A DNA stretch of 51,574 nucleotides from Paramecium tetraurelia (lineage: Eukaryota): contig CT868672.1 in NCBI GenBank assembly GCA_000165425.1, positions 62,001-113,574 on the forward strand, written 5' to 3'. The translations under genes and the position numbers were made by a program. The notes beneath the pieces are model-generated. The model worked only from the letters and a program-made list of their open reading frames with translations, had not been told where the DNA came from and did no database searches. Shown here piece by piece: positions 24,324-35,932 of this stretch; position 1 is the first letter of the stretch, and every line of letters starts with the position of its first letter.

Positions 24324-25586
24324 TCATTTTTATTTACTTACACCTAAATTGGCCACTGTGATTCCTGCATTTAACATAGATACTAAGTAATTGGCATATT
24401 CATGAGCTCCCCTCTCCAATTCTTCAGCTTTTCTCTTCTCCAATCTCTTGTGATGATTCACAGTCTCTTATTTGATTGTTTTGATCTCTGATTTCATCTT
24501 CTTCTTTCTATTTTCGTTATCGTCTCTCATAGCTATAGCTTCTGATTTCAATTGATCAGCCAATTTAATATAGCGAGCAAACTTTAACTCAAGTTCATCT
24601 TAATTTTTTTCAGATTCAGTAAACTTCATTTTGTACTCCTATATTTAATTCCTTGTTGAATATTTGTTCTCTGCAAGATAGATCTGCACAATTGGAGAAA
24701 CTATTAATATTTAAAATAGCATTTACATTTAATTCGTACCATGACTCTCTTGTTTCTTGCCTTAACAGTCGTTTAACTCAATACTATTGGAGGGAGGGAT
24801 TACTCATATTGTTGTTATTTGGCAAATTTCTACTCTGCTTGCTTTTTGAATATATTGCCAGCTCCTAAATCTAGGTTCCATTCTTTCAGATACTTTTAAC
24901 TATTCGCTATCTCTATTCCTGTAAATAGATATGAGAACTCATCCAATAATTGCTTCTTCAAATCATCGTTGAATTTACTTCTACTTAAAGGGAATGAGTA
25001 AAATAAGGCATAGAATACGCTTTAGGCTAAAATGTCAAAGTAAGTCTTAAAAAATAATTGTCTATCATCTTTGCGATCGATTGTCAAAAACAGATTAATA
25101 TAGTTTCTAGATATTCTGGTGAGCAACTTTTAATCCTCCTTTGGCAATTTGTTGAAGTTAATCTTGGGATAAGTTTCAGAAGTTTCATCAGGTTGGATTT
25201 CTCTCTTAAAAAATTTGGTAACGACATACCAAAAAGAATCTGAGACCACAGCCTTATGCTCTTCCAAATTTAAATATTTCTGCCATTAAGTAAACATGGA
25301 TTTTACCTTTATAATATGATCTTTAGGTTACTTCTAATAAACCATCTTCTTTGTCATTTGATTTGGAGGGGAATTTCATACTATTCAATACATTTGTGTT
25401 GATCTTCTTGAATTCTACTTGATTTGGAAGTGGTGTGTAGAGTTCATCGAAAGTATTTGGTGGTTATGCTTCCTCAATTTTTAATATGGTTGTGGCTTTG
25501 TTTTATTCTTAAGGCTCTGTGATATACGTGGCTGTCCCTAAAAACGTTGTTGTAGTTGGTCCTCTTCTTAAATCAGGAGCATACAT
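24324..25586 (-). CDS. FAM227/FWWh-domain-like protein
   Basis: SDSFWYVV..LAQSVFYALFYSFPLSRSKFNDDLKKQLLDEFSYLFTG resembles the FWWh domain; coiled-coil C-terminus. Confidence 0.65.
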
Positions 25587-25625
25587 TCTTAATCAAATAA
25601 GTAAATAAAATAATAATATTCTAAA

Positions 25626-25965
25626 ATGTATGACAATATCAGAATAAATTATTGTTTTGCAATATTTAAATAGAATACTAACATTTTGAAGTTATTTTGG
25701 ATAAAATAGAAACTCTTTGGTGTAATGACATTTCACTAAGGAAGAGAATGAGAATTAATAAAAGAGAATTGAATAATCCATATATGAATGCGGACTCTCT
25801 ATAAGTGATTATGATGATGAATTATTTACTGATGATTATTCATCATTTTAGATTTGAAGATAAGGTAATGACTACATAATCAAACGATAAATTCGAGAGG
25901 AGAAACGAATAAAGGAGGCCTTATCTAACAGAAAATCTTAATAAATAAGTGCAAATAACCAATGA
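25626..25965 (+). pseudogene. Possible degenerate small gene
   Basis: Coding-like frame (QKRIEQSIYECGLSISDYDDELF..*..KRQIREEKRIKEALS) interrupted by TGA. Confidence 0.25.
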
Positions 25966-26115
25966 ACACTTATTACATTAATGAGATTATTTGAGAATTT
26001 ACTTTATTCATTTAATTTGACTTGCAATAGTAAAGAAAATCAAATGTTAAATTTCATTTTTTTAATGTGTACTTAGTACTCGACAATTTAGTAGATGCAG
26101 TAGTTGTTGATAAAT

Positions 26116-27023
26116 TCACTAATTCTTTTGATATTTCTTAATTCTCTCTTTCTTTTTCGAATTTCTAAATTAAAACTGAATGAGTACTTTGTAGTATGTA
26201 AAGTATAGAAGCAGCATCACTAATTGCAATACAGCAATTACTAAATATATTTCTTGAGCACTATATGCTGTTTGGCATGCATCATTCTTATAATTCAATC
26301 CTTAAAGATAGATCAAAACTATATTAAATATACAGCGTTTATACCACAAACTGGTATCTGAATAAGAATTCCGATGCTTGTCAAAAATTAATAGGGACCT
26401 CTCACTCGTTTATTTGCACTCATAAAAAAATTATATGGAACTCCTAATACAATCAACCACACAGTTGAAAAAATCATTAAGTAAAAAATATTGTCTTCCA
26501 AGCAACTTTATTTCTAATTCACAAATATCAGGTATAAAGAAACACAGCTTATTGGTAAACTAGTTATTCTTATAATAATTTAACTGAAAAAGAATGCTAA
26601 TACAACCTAAATCACTTTCATTTAATTACCAATAACGCAGTAGTAGCCTAAAAGTAAAATGTGATTTGTTAAATATTAATAACATATTCGCATTCATTCA
26701 AATTGATTTCAGTAGTCTGATAACTCTTCATAAATTCTATGATTCCCCAACATATGTTTAAGAAAGCCAACAAAAAATTATCAGAAACCTACATTTTCTC
26801 TTTTGCTTTCACATAAATAAATGCAGTTAAATTGAGTATAATCATGAAACTTGCACCTTTTACAGAAACAGATAAAAATTATTCTCCATCATCTAAATTT
26901 TAGATTATTTCTACTTGAACATATTTGATTAACCTTGGTAAGCATTTAAATTGATATTATTGTATAAGCATTCATTCTCAAATACATGAGAATAATATGC
27001 ATTCCTCTATCTGCAACGTTCAT
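26116..27023 (-). CDS. Uncharacterised ~8-TM membrane protein (278 aa)
   Basis: Three introns (22, 23, 26 nt) give an 837-nt frame with eight hydrophobic segments and a basic C-terminal tail. Confidence 0.7.
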
Positions 27024-27055
27024 AATAAAATTTTATTTTTATATATAAATTATTT

Positions 27056-27606
27056 ATGAATATCAACAAATTCTCATACAGAAAGAGTTCTTTTTTCATA
27101 ATAATATCCAGAAAATCAAAGCATAGATTTGAAATAGAAAATCAATTCATGCATAAATTCACTTCGACTACTCTTTTTATAACAATCTTAGTTAATGTAT
27201 GGAGTAAAAATACGTTTAATTATTCATTTAAAAAATCAATTTGGATGAATATATTAATCAATTGATAAAAACACTCTTTCATGTTGATATGATTTGGATA
27301 TATAATATGCCATCTTATCGTACTGGCTAATTACATTATAGAGCATGATTTCTGCCATTGAAAGTCATCTGAATTGGTATTATATCTTCTAACTTACTAC
27401 AAAATAGCATATACTTATTATTCTTAGTTAGTTCTTTGGATTAATGTTTTGTAATTGATATTTTTAAGTTTAAACGAAAAATCAATCGTATCTCTGGATT
27501 AGATACCAGAGAGAACATTGAATTGATACTTAAGCCTCTTAAGAATGAGGTTAGAAAACCCTTATTGGATTTATTCGAATATATTAAAGAGGATTAAAAT
27601 ATATGA
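27056..27606 (+). pseudogene. Hypothetical or degenerate gene
   Basis: Coding-like C-terminal exon (FKRKINRISGLDTRENIELILKPLKNEVRKPLLDLFEYIKEDQNI*), but no clean open frame from the ATG at 27056. Confidence 0.3.
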
Positions 27607-27654
27607 TTTATTTACTAAATATAAGTATTTATTAAATAGTTGAATAATTTGTAA

Positions 27655-29292
27655 ATGTAGAATCACTCATTTTGTAAAGTAATTATTAGGATGAATCATA
27701 TAGTTATCTGTTCCAACATTTAAATAATATGAGCAGTTTTAAGGTGTAACTCTCTATTGTATAGATGTACAAGTGATCGGAGTGACAGCTTGGAGATTGG
27801 AATTGAGGTATTAAGCATATCAATCAATTACAGATACAGTGATCTATTTGATTTGAATACAATTCTTAAGGCATAATTCTAAAAGTTGCCTAAATTTCCA
27901 GGAAAAACTCTGAGCAAACTCACGACACCTGAGGAATTAGAAAAGCGTCGAATTAAGTTGAATTCTTATCTCTCGGCCATATCGGAAAGACTTGATATAG
28001 TGACCTGCCCAGTTTTTTGTGAATTATTCGAAATAGGCAAATATGCTCCTAAATATGTTTTTGAACAACCAAAAATAATAAATTGCTAGCAACATACTTA
28101 AACTATAAAAAACTGCCAGTACCTTAAGGAATAAGGTTTAGTTCATATTTTAATTATAAGAGGCTTTGCTTGTTGTTTCATCTCAAACTGAAGGATACAA
28201 ATAATTGATGGCTCTTATGTAGAATAAAGAGAATTAAATTTCTGAGGCTCTTGGATAAGTAGAACTATTTAGTCTGAAGGATAATTAAATGGTGTTGAAA
28301 TGGTCTTAAATTTTTGAGAATCAAGTACATTATAATTACAATCAAAGGCTCAATGTTTGCACTACTCAGAGGGATGCTTAATAATTGGACTAGAAAAAGG
28401 AAAAGTAATTGTCTATTAATTGGATCCAAAGACTTGAATGCACCTCAACACCCCCTTCAACTTATTAGATGCATAAAATGAGAGTAAAATGGAGTATTTT
28501 ATCATAAACTAAAAAAAAAGTTATTTATTCCATTAGTTAAGATGGGACTTTTGTAGTAACTTTAAGAGATTACTTGAAACACAAAGACTGTATCTAATGA
28601 CATTATCATAGGTAGAATTGATATTAAAAAGGTGAATTGACCGCTTTATTGGTTTGCGATTATCGTGAAGTGGCATTTATCGGTAATTCTAAAGGATCAG
28701 TATTTATTTTGGACCTGAGCAAAGAGAGTGTTCAATACTTAAAACGAGTAGACTGCTAGGTATCATCCAAAATTGTTGACATTGCAATCAATAATCAACA
28801 GGGTTTTTTATTTGCTGCATGTGAATCCGGCTAATTATAAGTGCTAGACATAGGTTCAATTGGAAGAGAATCCAATTCTAAACCTAAAGTGTGTATTGCA
28901 ACCAATTATCAAACCAAGAAGATATCGTATTGTTAATAGAGACATCATTTGTATATTGGAGACACTCTAGGGAATGTTACTGTAATTAGTGAACAAACTG
29001 GATGTCCAATATGTATTTTACAGCAATATTCCTTTTAGATTCTGTTCGAGCTCATGAATTGGATGTCATAATCACATTAGTTTATTACCTTGAAGAAACT
29101 AATAAGGTGGTCACTTATGGCAAGGACCAGATGTTTAAAATGTGGGAATTCCCTACTTGGATCAACTTAAATGAGATTAAGCATTAGGAGTATCAAGAAA
29201 TCAAACAAGAATAGTTGATTAAGCAATAATCTAAATAAAAACAATCTAAAGTTAATTAAGCTTAATCAGAAGATCATGAATAGTGTATTTGA
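27655..29292 (+). CDS. PX-domain + WD40-repeat protein (frameshifts at about 28425-28635)
   Basis: PX motifs RYSDLFDL, LPKFPGK and RRIKLNSYL; WD repeats IGLEKGKV, SISQDGTF, IGNSKGSV and TYGKDQMFKMWEF. Confidence 0.8.
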
Positions 29293-29315
29293 ATGTATTG
29301 GCATAAATATAATAA

Positions 29316-29861
29316 ATGAATTATTTAAATCTATTTTAATACATTATTTCAACACCTATCTACCCTCACTATTATTGTGCCAGTGTCCAAGAGATTCCTT
29401 TTCAAAAATTAAAGTAAATAGGTGTCAAGTGTCTGCTATTCGATAGAGATAATACTCTTACAAGACATTTAGAAACAAAAACTGTATATGAAGATTTATT
29501 GTCAAAACTAAAAAAAGACTTTAATTAAGTGCTCTTAGTCTCTAATTCAAAAATCAATGAACCTACACAATTAGGATTGAGTGTGGCAAGGACAACTACT
29601 AAGAAGCCCTTCAATTTTTAAGAGATCTACAAAAATTATATAGATAGCAACACAAAATCTCATGAAATTTGTGTCATAGGAGATAGACTATTTACTGATA
29701 TGGTCTTAGCGCATAAAAATGGTTTAATTGGTATTCTTGTTAAACCAATTGATATCAGTAATGAAGAGTCTTCAATTAGAACAATGAGAACAATTGAAAA
29801 CTTTATAATGAGGAACAATTAATTGTAGAAACATCCTTATCATGGATTCCTAAACTTTTGA
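29316..29861 (+). CDS. GEP4: HAD IIIA phosphatidylglycerophosphate phosphatase (GEP4/YqeG-like)
   Basis: LLFDRDNTLT, VSNS, KKP and VIGDRLFTDM; 181 aa, intronless. Confidence 0.88.
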
Positions 29862-31043
29862 TTTAGCATTTATCATAAATATTAAATAGTAAGATTTTGT
29901 GTAGAGTATGAATACTCATCTTATTTTTCTTTCATTTATTAATCTCTACCCGTATAATTAAATTGAATTCTTTTATTAATGGTATCAAGAAAATATATAT
30001 AAATAAAAGAAAATAGAATACATTCCATAAAATTACAATGACCAAATTCTTGTAGATTATGCTGCAATTCTTAAATTGGATAAAATAAATTGAAATTATC
30101 AATATTTGAATGCCGTTAAGCTAAATCTTTACGTAAGATTGTTTTTGATACAACTCTAAGGATGATATTTCTAAAATTAATAATAATTTTGGAATAATCA
30201 TCTTTGTCTAAATTTATTCAATTTGATGAGTAAAACACAGTATTTTGCAGGTAATTAATAACATCTGTTCCAATCTTGTTTTTCATTTGTTTTCAAAAAG
30301 TGATGAAAAACCATGCATTCCATAAAACATTACTGCACTATGTAGATATCCTTAACTTAATCAAATTTATTAAATACCTGAATTGATTTATGATGGAGAA
30401 AATGTTAGCAATATCCCATTAACCATTAAGATGATAATCTCTTTGGAAACCTAATTTAACCTTTGCATTTTAAATTTGAAATCAGACTTTCTTTAAAATT
30501 GAAATTAAATAAAAAATTTTGCAAAGTGAATAACACCATTATCATCCCTTGAAGATTTTGTTATGATTTATTATTGATCTTCATAAGTTCATTAAATTAT
30601 AGTAAATATTCGATATATGTATTTTTTGAGATTCTTGTAATTTCTCATTAGTAAATTTCCTTAAATTATAAGAATTCTTTTTTTCTTATTAACATAGTTT
30701 TTGGTTTGTTAAAATACCCTAAGGGATAGCTCTTTCGATATTAACATTTCTTATTTTCTGAAGGAGGGAGGATATTTTGAGTTTAAGAATAATTAAAATT
30801 TAAAGGAGAACAAAAAAGTCTAAAATATAATTTAAGCAAATCAAAACAAAGACAATTTGTAGGTTACTAAAAATATTCAAAAAAAATTGTATCATAGTGA
30901 ATTGAATGTAGAATGTTCAGATTAATTAGTTGTTATCATTTTTCAATGATATCTAGTGATATAAATATTAAATTCTAAGAATTTTTTAGAATTTCAATAT
31001 AGTATTAATATAGATAACAATAATTGTTCCAAAAATATTCATC

Positions 31044-31664
31044 ATGGGAATTAAATGCTCATAACCTCAAAAATCGATATCAGTATTTTACACATTAAAC
31101 TCATTTGATGAAAAGGAATAACAAAGCCACTAAGCTAGTCAAACTCTAAATTATAGCTTTCCCCAGAAGCAAATTCTGGAGAGCATTAAAACAAAATTGT
31201 AATTATAGCAAGAGCAAAATCTTCCTCAATAACCAGATGATCCAGGAAGTCCAATGCAGGCATTATCAGAAAATACTTAGGAAGGTGGTGAATTTACCAA
31301 GTTTAACAATTCGTGTCCTACGACAACAAGAATGAACAGGAGCAACTCAAATTAAATTTCTTTTTAACATAATAAGACGTCGAGTATTAAAAATATACAC
31401 TTTTCGCAATCAATTTTAAATAAAAAAAATATTGAAGCGAAAAAAGGAATAATAAAAAAAAGTAGATATAAAAGTGATTCTTAATCTCCGAGCTCTATAT
31501 AAACTATCAAGTCTGTTAGATTTTTAATAACTGAACAGATCAGACTGCAAGCAAAATCAGTCAGAACCAAGAGCCTATGTAGAAAGCCTTCGACTAGGCT
31601 ATTAAATTCATCCACTATTTGTAGTAATCGTGATCAATCTTTATATTACAAAGTTGTATTCTGA
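31044..31664 (+). CDS. Low-complexity protein with N-terminal acylation motif (206 aa)
   Basis: 621-nt ORF starting MGIKCS; contains GIIKK and KSVRF. Confidence 0.75.
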
Positions 31665-31700
31665 AAATTCGAATTAATTTATTTATCAAAATTAAAAGTT

Positions 31701-32102
31701 ATGATTTGATTGATCTCTTATGTAATTATTAACTTAATCAATGATCGCATTCCACGTACAAGATCAACACAGTGGAAGTGTGCTTAGACAGATGATGGTA
31801 CGCTTCTTCACAAATGCTATAGTAGCAATTAATTTACAACTGAAAATAATAAGCATTCTCTTCAATTTAATATCCTTAAGTGTTATACTAATGAATTAAC
31901 AGATGTAACCATGATCAATGAAGATTCCTGGTAAAATAAATCCAAACAACAGTTATAAAAACATGTTGAAATTTAATAAATAGTTATTACTAGAATGAAA
32001 AAATTGATTTTTTATAAATTGGGGGGTATTATAATAATTAAATAAGAGTTACAAAGTGATGTTGAGGTGACAAGGAGTCTTTTTTCTATTCGATCTTACT
32101 GA
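31701..32102 (+). pseudogene. Putative secreted-protein gene with nonsense codon 3
   Basis: ATG ATT TGA TTG ATC..., then 130 open codons to TGA at 32100-32102; signal-peptide-like start. Confidence 0.4.
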
Positions 32103-32294
32103 TATATTGATAAATTGATATCAATAATTTTAAAGTGGACTAGGATCTATGAATCCTAATTTGGCTTCATATAAATTTATATTTCTATAACCGATTTTTC
32201 AATTCTCAAAATTTATTCGTGTATTAATAATGATGTCAATCGTAAAAAAAAGATTAATAATATACTCTTTAAACATTTAATTATTAATACTTGA

Positions 32295-32659
32295 ATGAAT
32301 GAATATCCTCAAAGTTAGTTCTAATATATCAAAACCTACTTTCTGAAGAATGGTATTGCAAAATAATTAATACCTGATAATTTAGATGATATTTATCCAG
32401 AGTAATCATGAAATTTAAATTTAGAGCATTAGATGAAAACCCTACCAACAATTAATCCCACAGAAGAGCAAAATCTGATGTTGTGTTAAAAAAAGAGGCT
32501 TAAAAGCATAATTTCGTTTAATAGTTTTCATAACAAACCGATACATCGACCTAAAATCAGAGCTTTAAATCATAAGGCATTTTAAAAAAAACTCAAAGAA
32601 GCACCACCAATCCAGTTGATAAAAGAAAGACCCATAGAAAAAAAGTTCATTTTATATGA
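32295..32659 (+). CDS. Small disordered protein (113 aa)
   Basis: One 23-nt intron yields 114 codons; ends GILKK...RKKVHFI*. Confidence 0.65.
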
Positions 32660-32840
32660 GAATTGTGAAATTTTAGTCAATTTTGACAATAAATTGTATT
32701 TATTTATCATACCCTTTTTCACATTAATTGTATTTAAATTCCATGAGATATTTCACTGCTCTAAACTAAAATATTTATCATAAAGTAGTTACTTTTCCAT
32801 AAAATAGAATTTGATAAGTTAACTAAAATGTGAATAAATA

Positions 32841-33368
32841 ATGATTAGATTTGTTAATTCCTATTTTTATAATTATATTTATTTAGCGGTTCCAGAAGAA
32901 TCTCTTGATTTTTATTACAGTTATTCTTATAAGAATAAATGATATCTGTTGGTTAAATAGCATCGCAAAAGAATGTGAAGTTTAGAATTAGTTTAAAAAA
33001 AAATCTTTCTGTATGAATAATTTAAGGAAAGATTTAATATCTGCAATAACTAATATATTTTACACATGAAATCATAATAGAACTTTTCCATTGTTTAACA
33101 CATGAAAGAGTACTTTTCAAACGATCTACACACTCTCTAAAGACAATCAGAAGGTCCAATTCCAAGTTAAAACAGTATTAATACAAATTTACTTTTGTTG
33201 CCCGATTTGAAATCAATAATCTTCAATGAAAGTGATTTGCTAAGATTAAACGAAGAAGGGCTTATACAGAGTGAGTCATACTTAAGGAGTGTTTAAACTG
33301 ATACATCAAGTATTTAAAAATAGAAATATAGGTAAACTGCCCATAATTAGAGACTAATAGGATCGTGA
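32841..33368 (+). pseudogene. Hypothetical or degenerate gene
   Basis: Open coding-like 3' half (FPLFKHMKEYFSNDLHTLQRQSEGPIPS..) with TGA upstream in frame; start uncertain. Confidence 0.3.
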
Positions 33369-33536
33369 TATGTCAGTTTTTTCAGAATTCAACGAATTTT
33401 GATGTTACTCATAATGCTCAATAGGATGAATTATTTTATATTTTCAGAATATCTGAAATCATTTAATTAATATAAAATCCAAATAAATTAAAAATAAATA
33501 AACTATACATTAAAAAAGTCAGATTTAATTCCGAAA

Positions 33537-34493
33537 TCAATCTGCTAATGTTATCCCATACTTTGATTTAAAGTGGTCATAAACTGGAAAATAAAAGATA
33601 GAAAATATGCTGCATTAGAAGACTCTGGTCCCTAATCCCTTCAGGAAGGCCTTTTTTCCTTCTTGACGCCAAGCTTCCTAAACCAATACTTTCACTGACA
33701 ACTGTTGTTAACTGCTGTCAACAAGTTAGTATCGAGTAATAATGAAATCAACAGGATTGACTATGGCTGCAGCCAAAGCAGTTGAAATCATTGTTGCAAT
33801 GATTGATTAATGAATGGCCAAAGGTTAATTATGTAATTTTTGATCACTCCTTCTTCTCAAGATTTGATATCTCAACAATTCATAGAACCACATTTGAAAT
33901 GTTGTGTAGACAACCACGGAGGCCATATATAAGTGCGAGGCTTGGAATAAGCGAATCCAACCTTCTTTTTATGAAATTTCAATTAATCCTGAATAAATTC
34001 CTTTATAATTATATTCAGGAACATTCATTTGCATTCTGGTTCTTAACGTGTCGAAAGGTATATAGGCTGTATAATTATAAATGTTTACTAATAACAGACA
34101 CAGCTTCCGCCAAGGGGGATGTAATGAGAGGAATCAACAAATTAAGTTTACTTTTTTCGCCATCTTTTTCTAAACCTTTTGTTAATTTTATCGCATAATA
34201 ATTCATATATTCATAGGCCAAAAAATACGAACCATAAGGAATAAATGAACCTAATTAAGCTATTTGAAAATACCCATAACTGTTGTAGAAAAGCCTTTAA
34301 ATAAATATTTAAATCCTTCATTCTTAACTATAAGATCATATCCTTGCCTCATCCCCAGAAACTTAGACTTATGCGCTTTTATTCTTGTTCCGATCGTATC
34401 GAAGGGAAACATAACCATATCACCAACCAAAGATGCAAGACCCGAATAAAACGCTATTAATATTGGATTGAATTGTTAAGGCTTTTCTGTCAT
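33537..34493 (-). CDS. Mitochondrial carrier (SLC25 family)
   Basis: Px[DE]xx[KR]xR signatures FPFDTIGTRIK, PFDTLRTRMQ and NPVDFIITRYQ. Confidence 0.9.
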
Positions 34494-34546
34494 GTATATA
34501 AATTTTAATTATTGGTAATTTTAATAATTGTTAATAAATTAATAAA

Positions 34547-35848
34547 TCAATAGACGACATTTTTCCAACCGTATAATTCGTCATGCAATTCTTATCTAAA
34601 CTCCTCAAGATGTTTGTAGATGAAGTGCTTTCTCTTTTAGCTGTCCCCTATATCTTATCTATAAGTATCTCCAAAAGTATGCATTTATCCAGATTGTTAT
34701 AACAGAACATTACCTGGATGTTTGTTCTGATAATTCTTAATTTTATAAATATATTGAAATGTTGTGCTCTATCTGGCTGCTATTACATGGACTTCGTCAA
34801 GTACTACTCTGTATTCTCCCCTCAAAAAACAGTCTTCAAATTGCGTATGCTTCTAAAACCCTTGTTTTGGGATAATGCCAATCTCGGGAGATCTAAAATA
34901 TTCATATATTTCGGTCTTTGTCAATTTTTTCGAAGAAATGTACATTGTAAATGTGCCGTCTCTCCAAAATCGAATATATCTAAAGAAATCTACTCTATAA
35001 CAGGGAGCACTTGTCTGTTAAAATTAAGCCTCTCCATATTTGATGTAATATTCCTTCATAGCATATATACCACAGTAATTTAATCTCAATTATTAATCAT
35101 ACATATCTTTATGCGATTAATAATGTTGACGTAATTCTTAATAGTTTAAGATATTTTATTAAGGATTGCCCCAATTATTCCAAATCGTTTAACTTGGATT
35201 CTGGTTCATTGAATTAATGAGCTATAAGTCTGATTCAAATAGATGTAAGTTTTCATTAATGTACTTCCTTGTTTTATCAAAGGGATTCATTAAATTAGGT
35301 TGTATTTCAATTTAGTCAAATAATGCTCTACAAAACTTCTAATAAAACTTATCACTAATCTAGGGAACATTGAAAATATCATTCATTTTCAAACACACTA
35401 ATCTAGTCTTGTGTAAGGACAAGGGATCGAGAAAGTCCATTACTATTAGATGTATGTAGAGTGGCAATTCTAGGAATCTGCTGTCCTACTGTATTATTGG
35501 TCTCTCTAATTCTTTAAGCTCCTTCAACTTTTGGATTTCTTCATCCTAATTCAGTCTTTCGAGGGAGCTGATCAAATTTTCAAAACTGATTCTTTATTTT
35601 AAAAAATTCTTAAGTTCTTTTAAATTACCGTATGTCATCGATTTCAGCAGGCCTTGCTGTTGGTGTTACTAACCTAATTCCTCAATTAGCTTATCTATCT
35701 ATTCTGTTCGTTTAATGCTATGCAGAACTCTATAAAGCGTATCTAAATCATTCTCTAAAACGTCGTATAAGTATTAAACTTATAATTTGCTTAAATTATA
35801 AAATTCTAACAGCACTTGTTTTGGGACCTGATTAATAGTCTATAACAT
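34547..35848 (-). CDS. FBXO9: F-box protein, FBXO9/Hrt3-like
   Basis: F-box LELPLYIHLIVMDFLD..LVC; RLNYCGIYAMKEYYIKYGE..VDFFRYIRFWRDG. Confidence 0.8.
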
Positions 35849-35932
35849 TAATGATTGATTAAAAGTTATTAAAGAATTTAAAATATTACATCACTATGAA
35901 AGAATTATATAGTTTTTAATGAATAAATTATT

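Noticed and set aside
29870..31030. Possible gene between GEP4 and the MG-start protein
   Set aside because: Only stop-interrupted frames with no motif; long open frames arise by chance when TGA is the sole stop.
25626..33368. In-frame TGAs as selenocysteine or readthrough
   Set aside because: No redox-motif context or visible SECIS; decay or sequence error is simpler.
33803..35083. Plus-strand ORFs of 121-131 aa in the track
   Set aside because: They are antisense shadows of the mitochondrial carrier and FBXO9-like genes.
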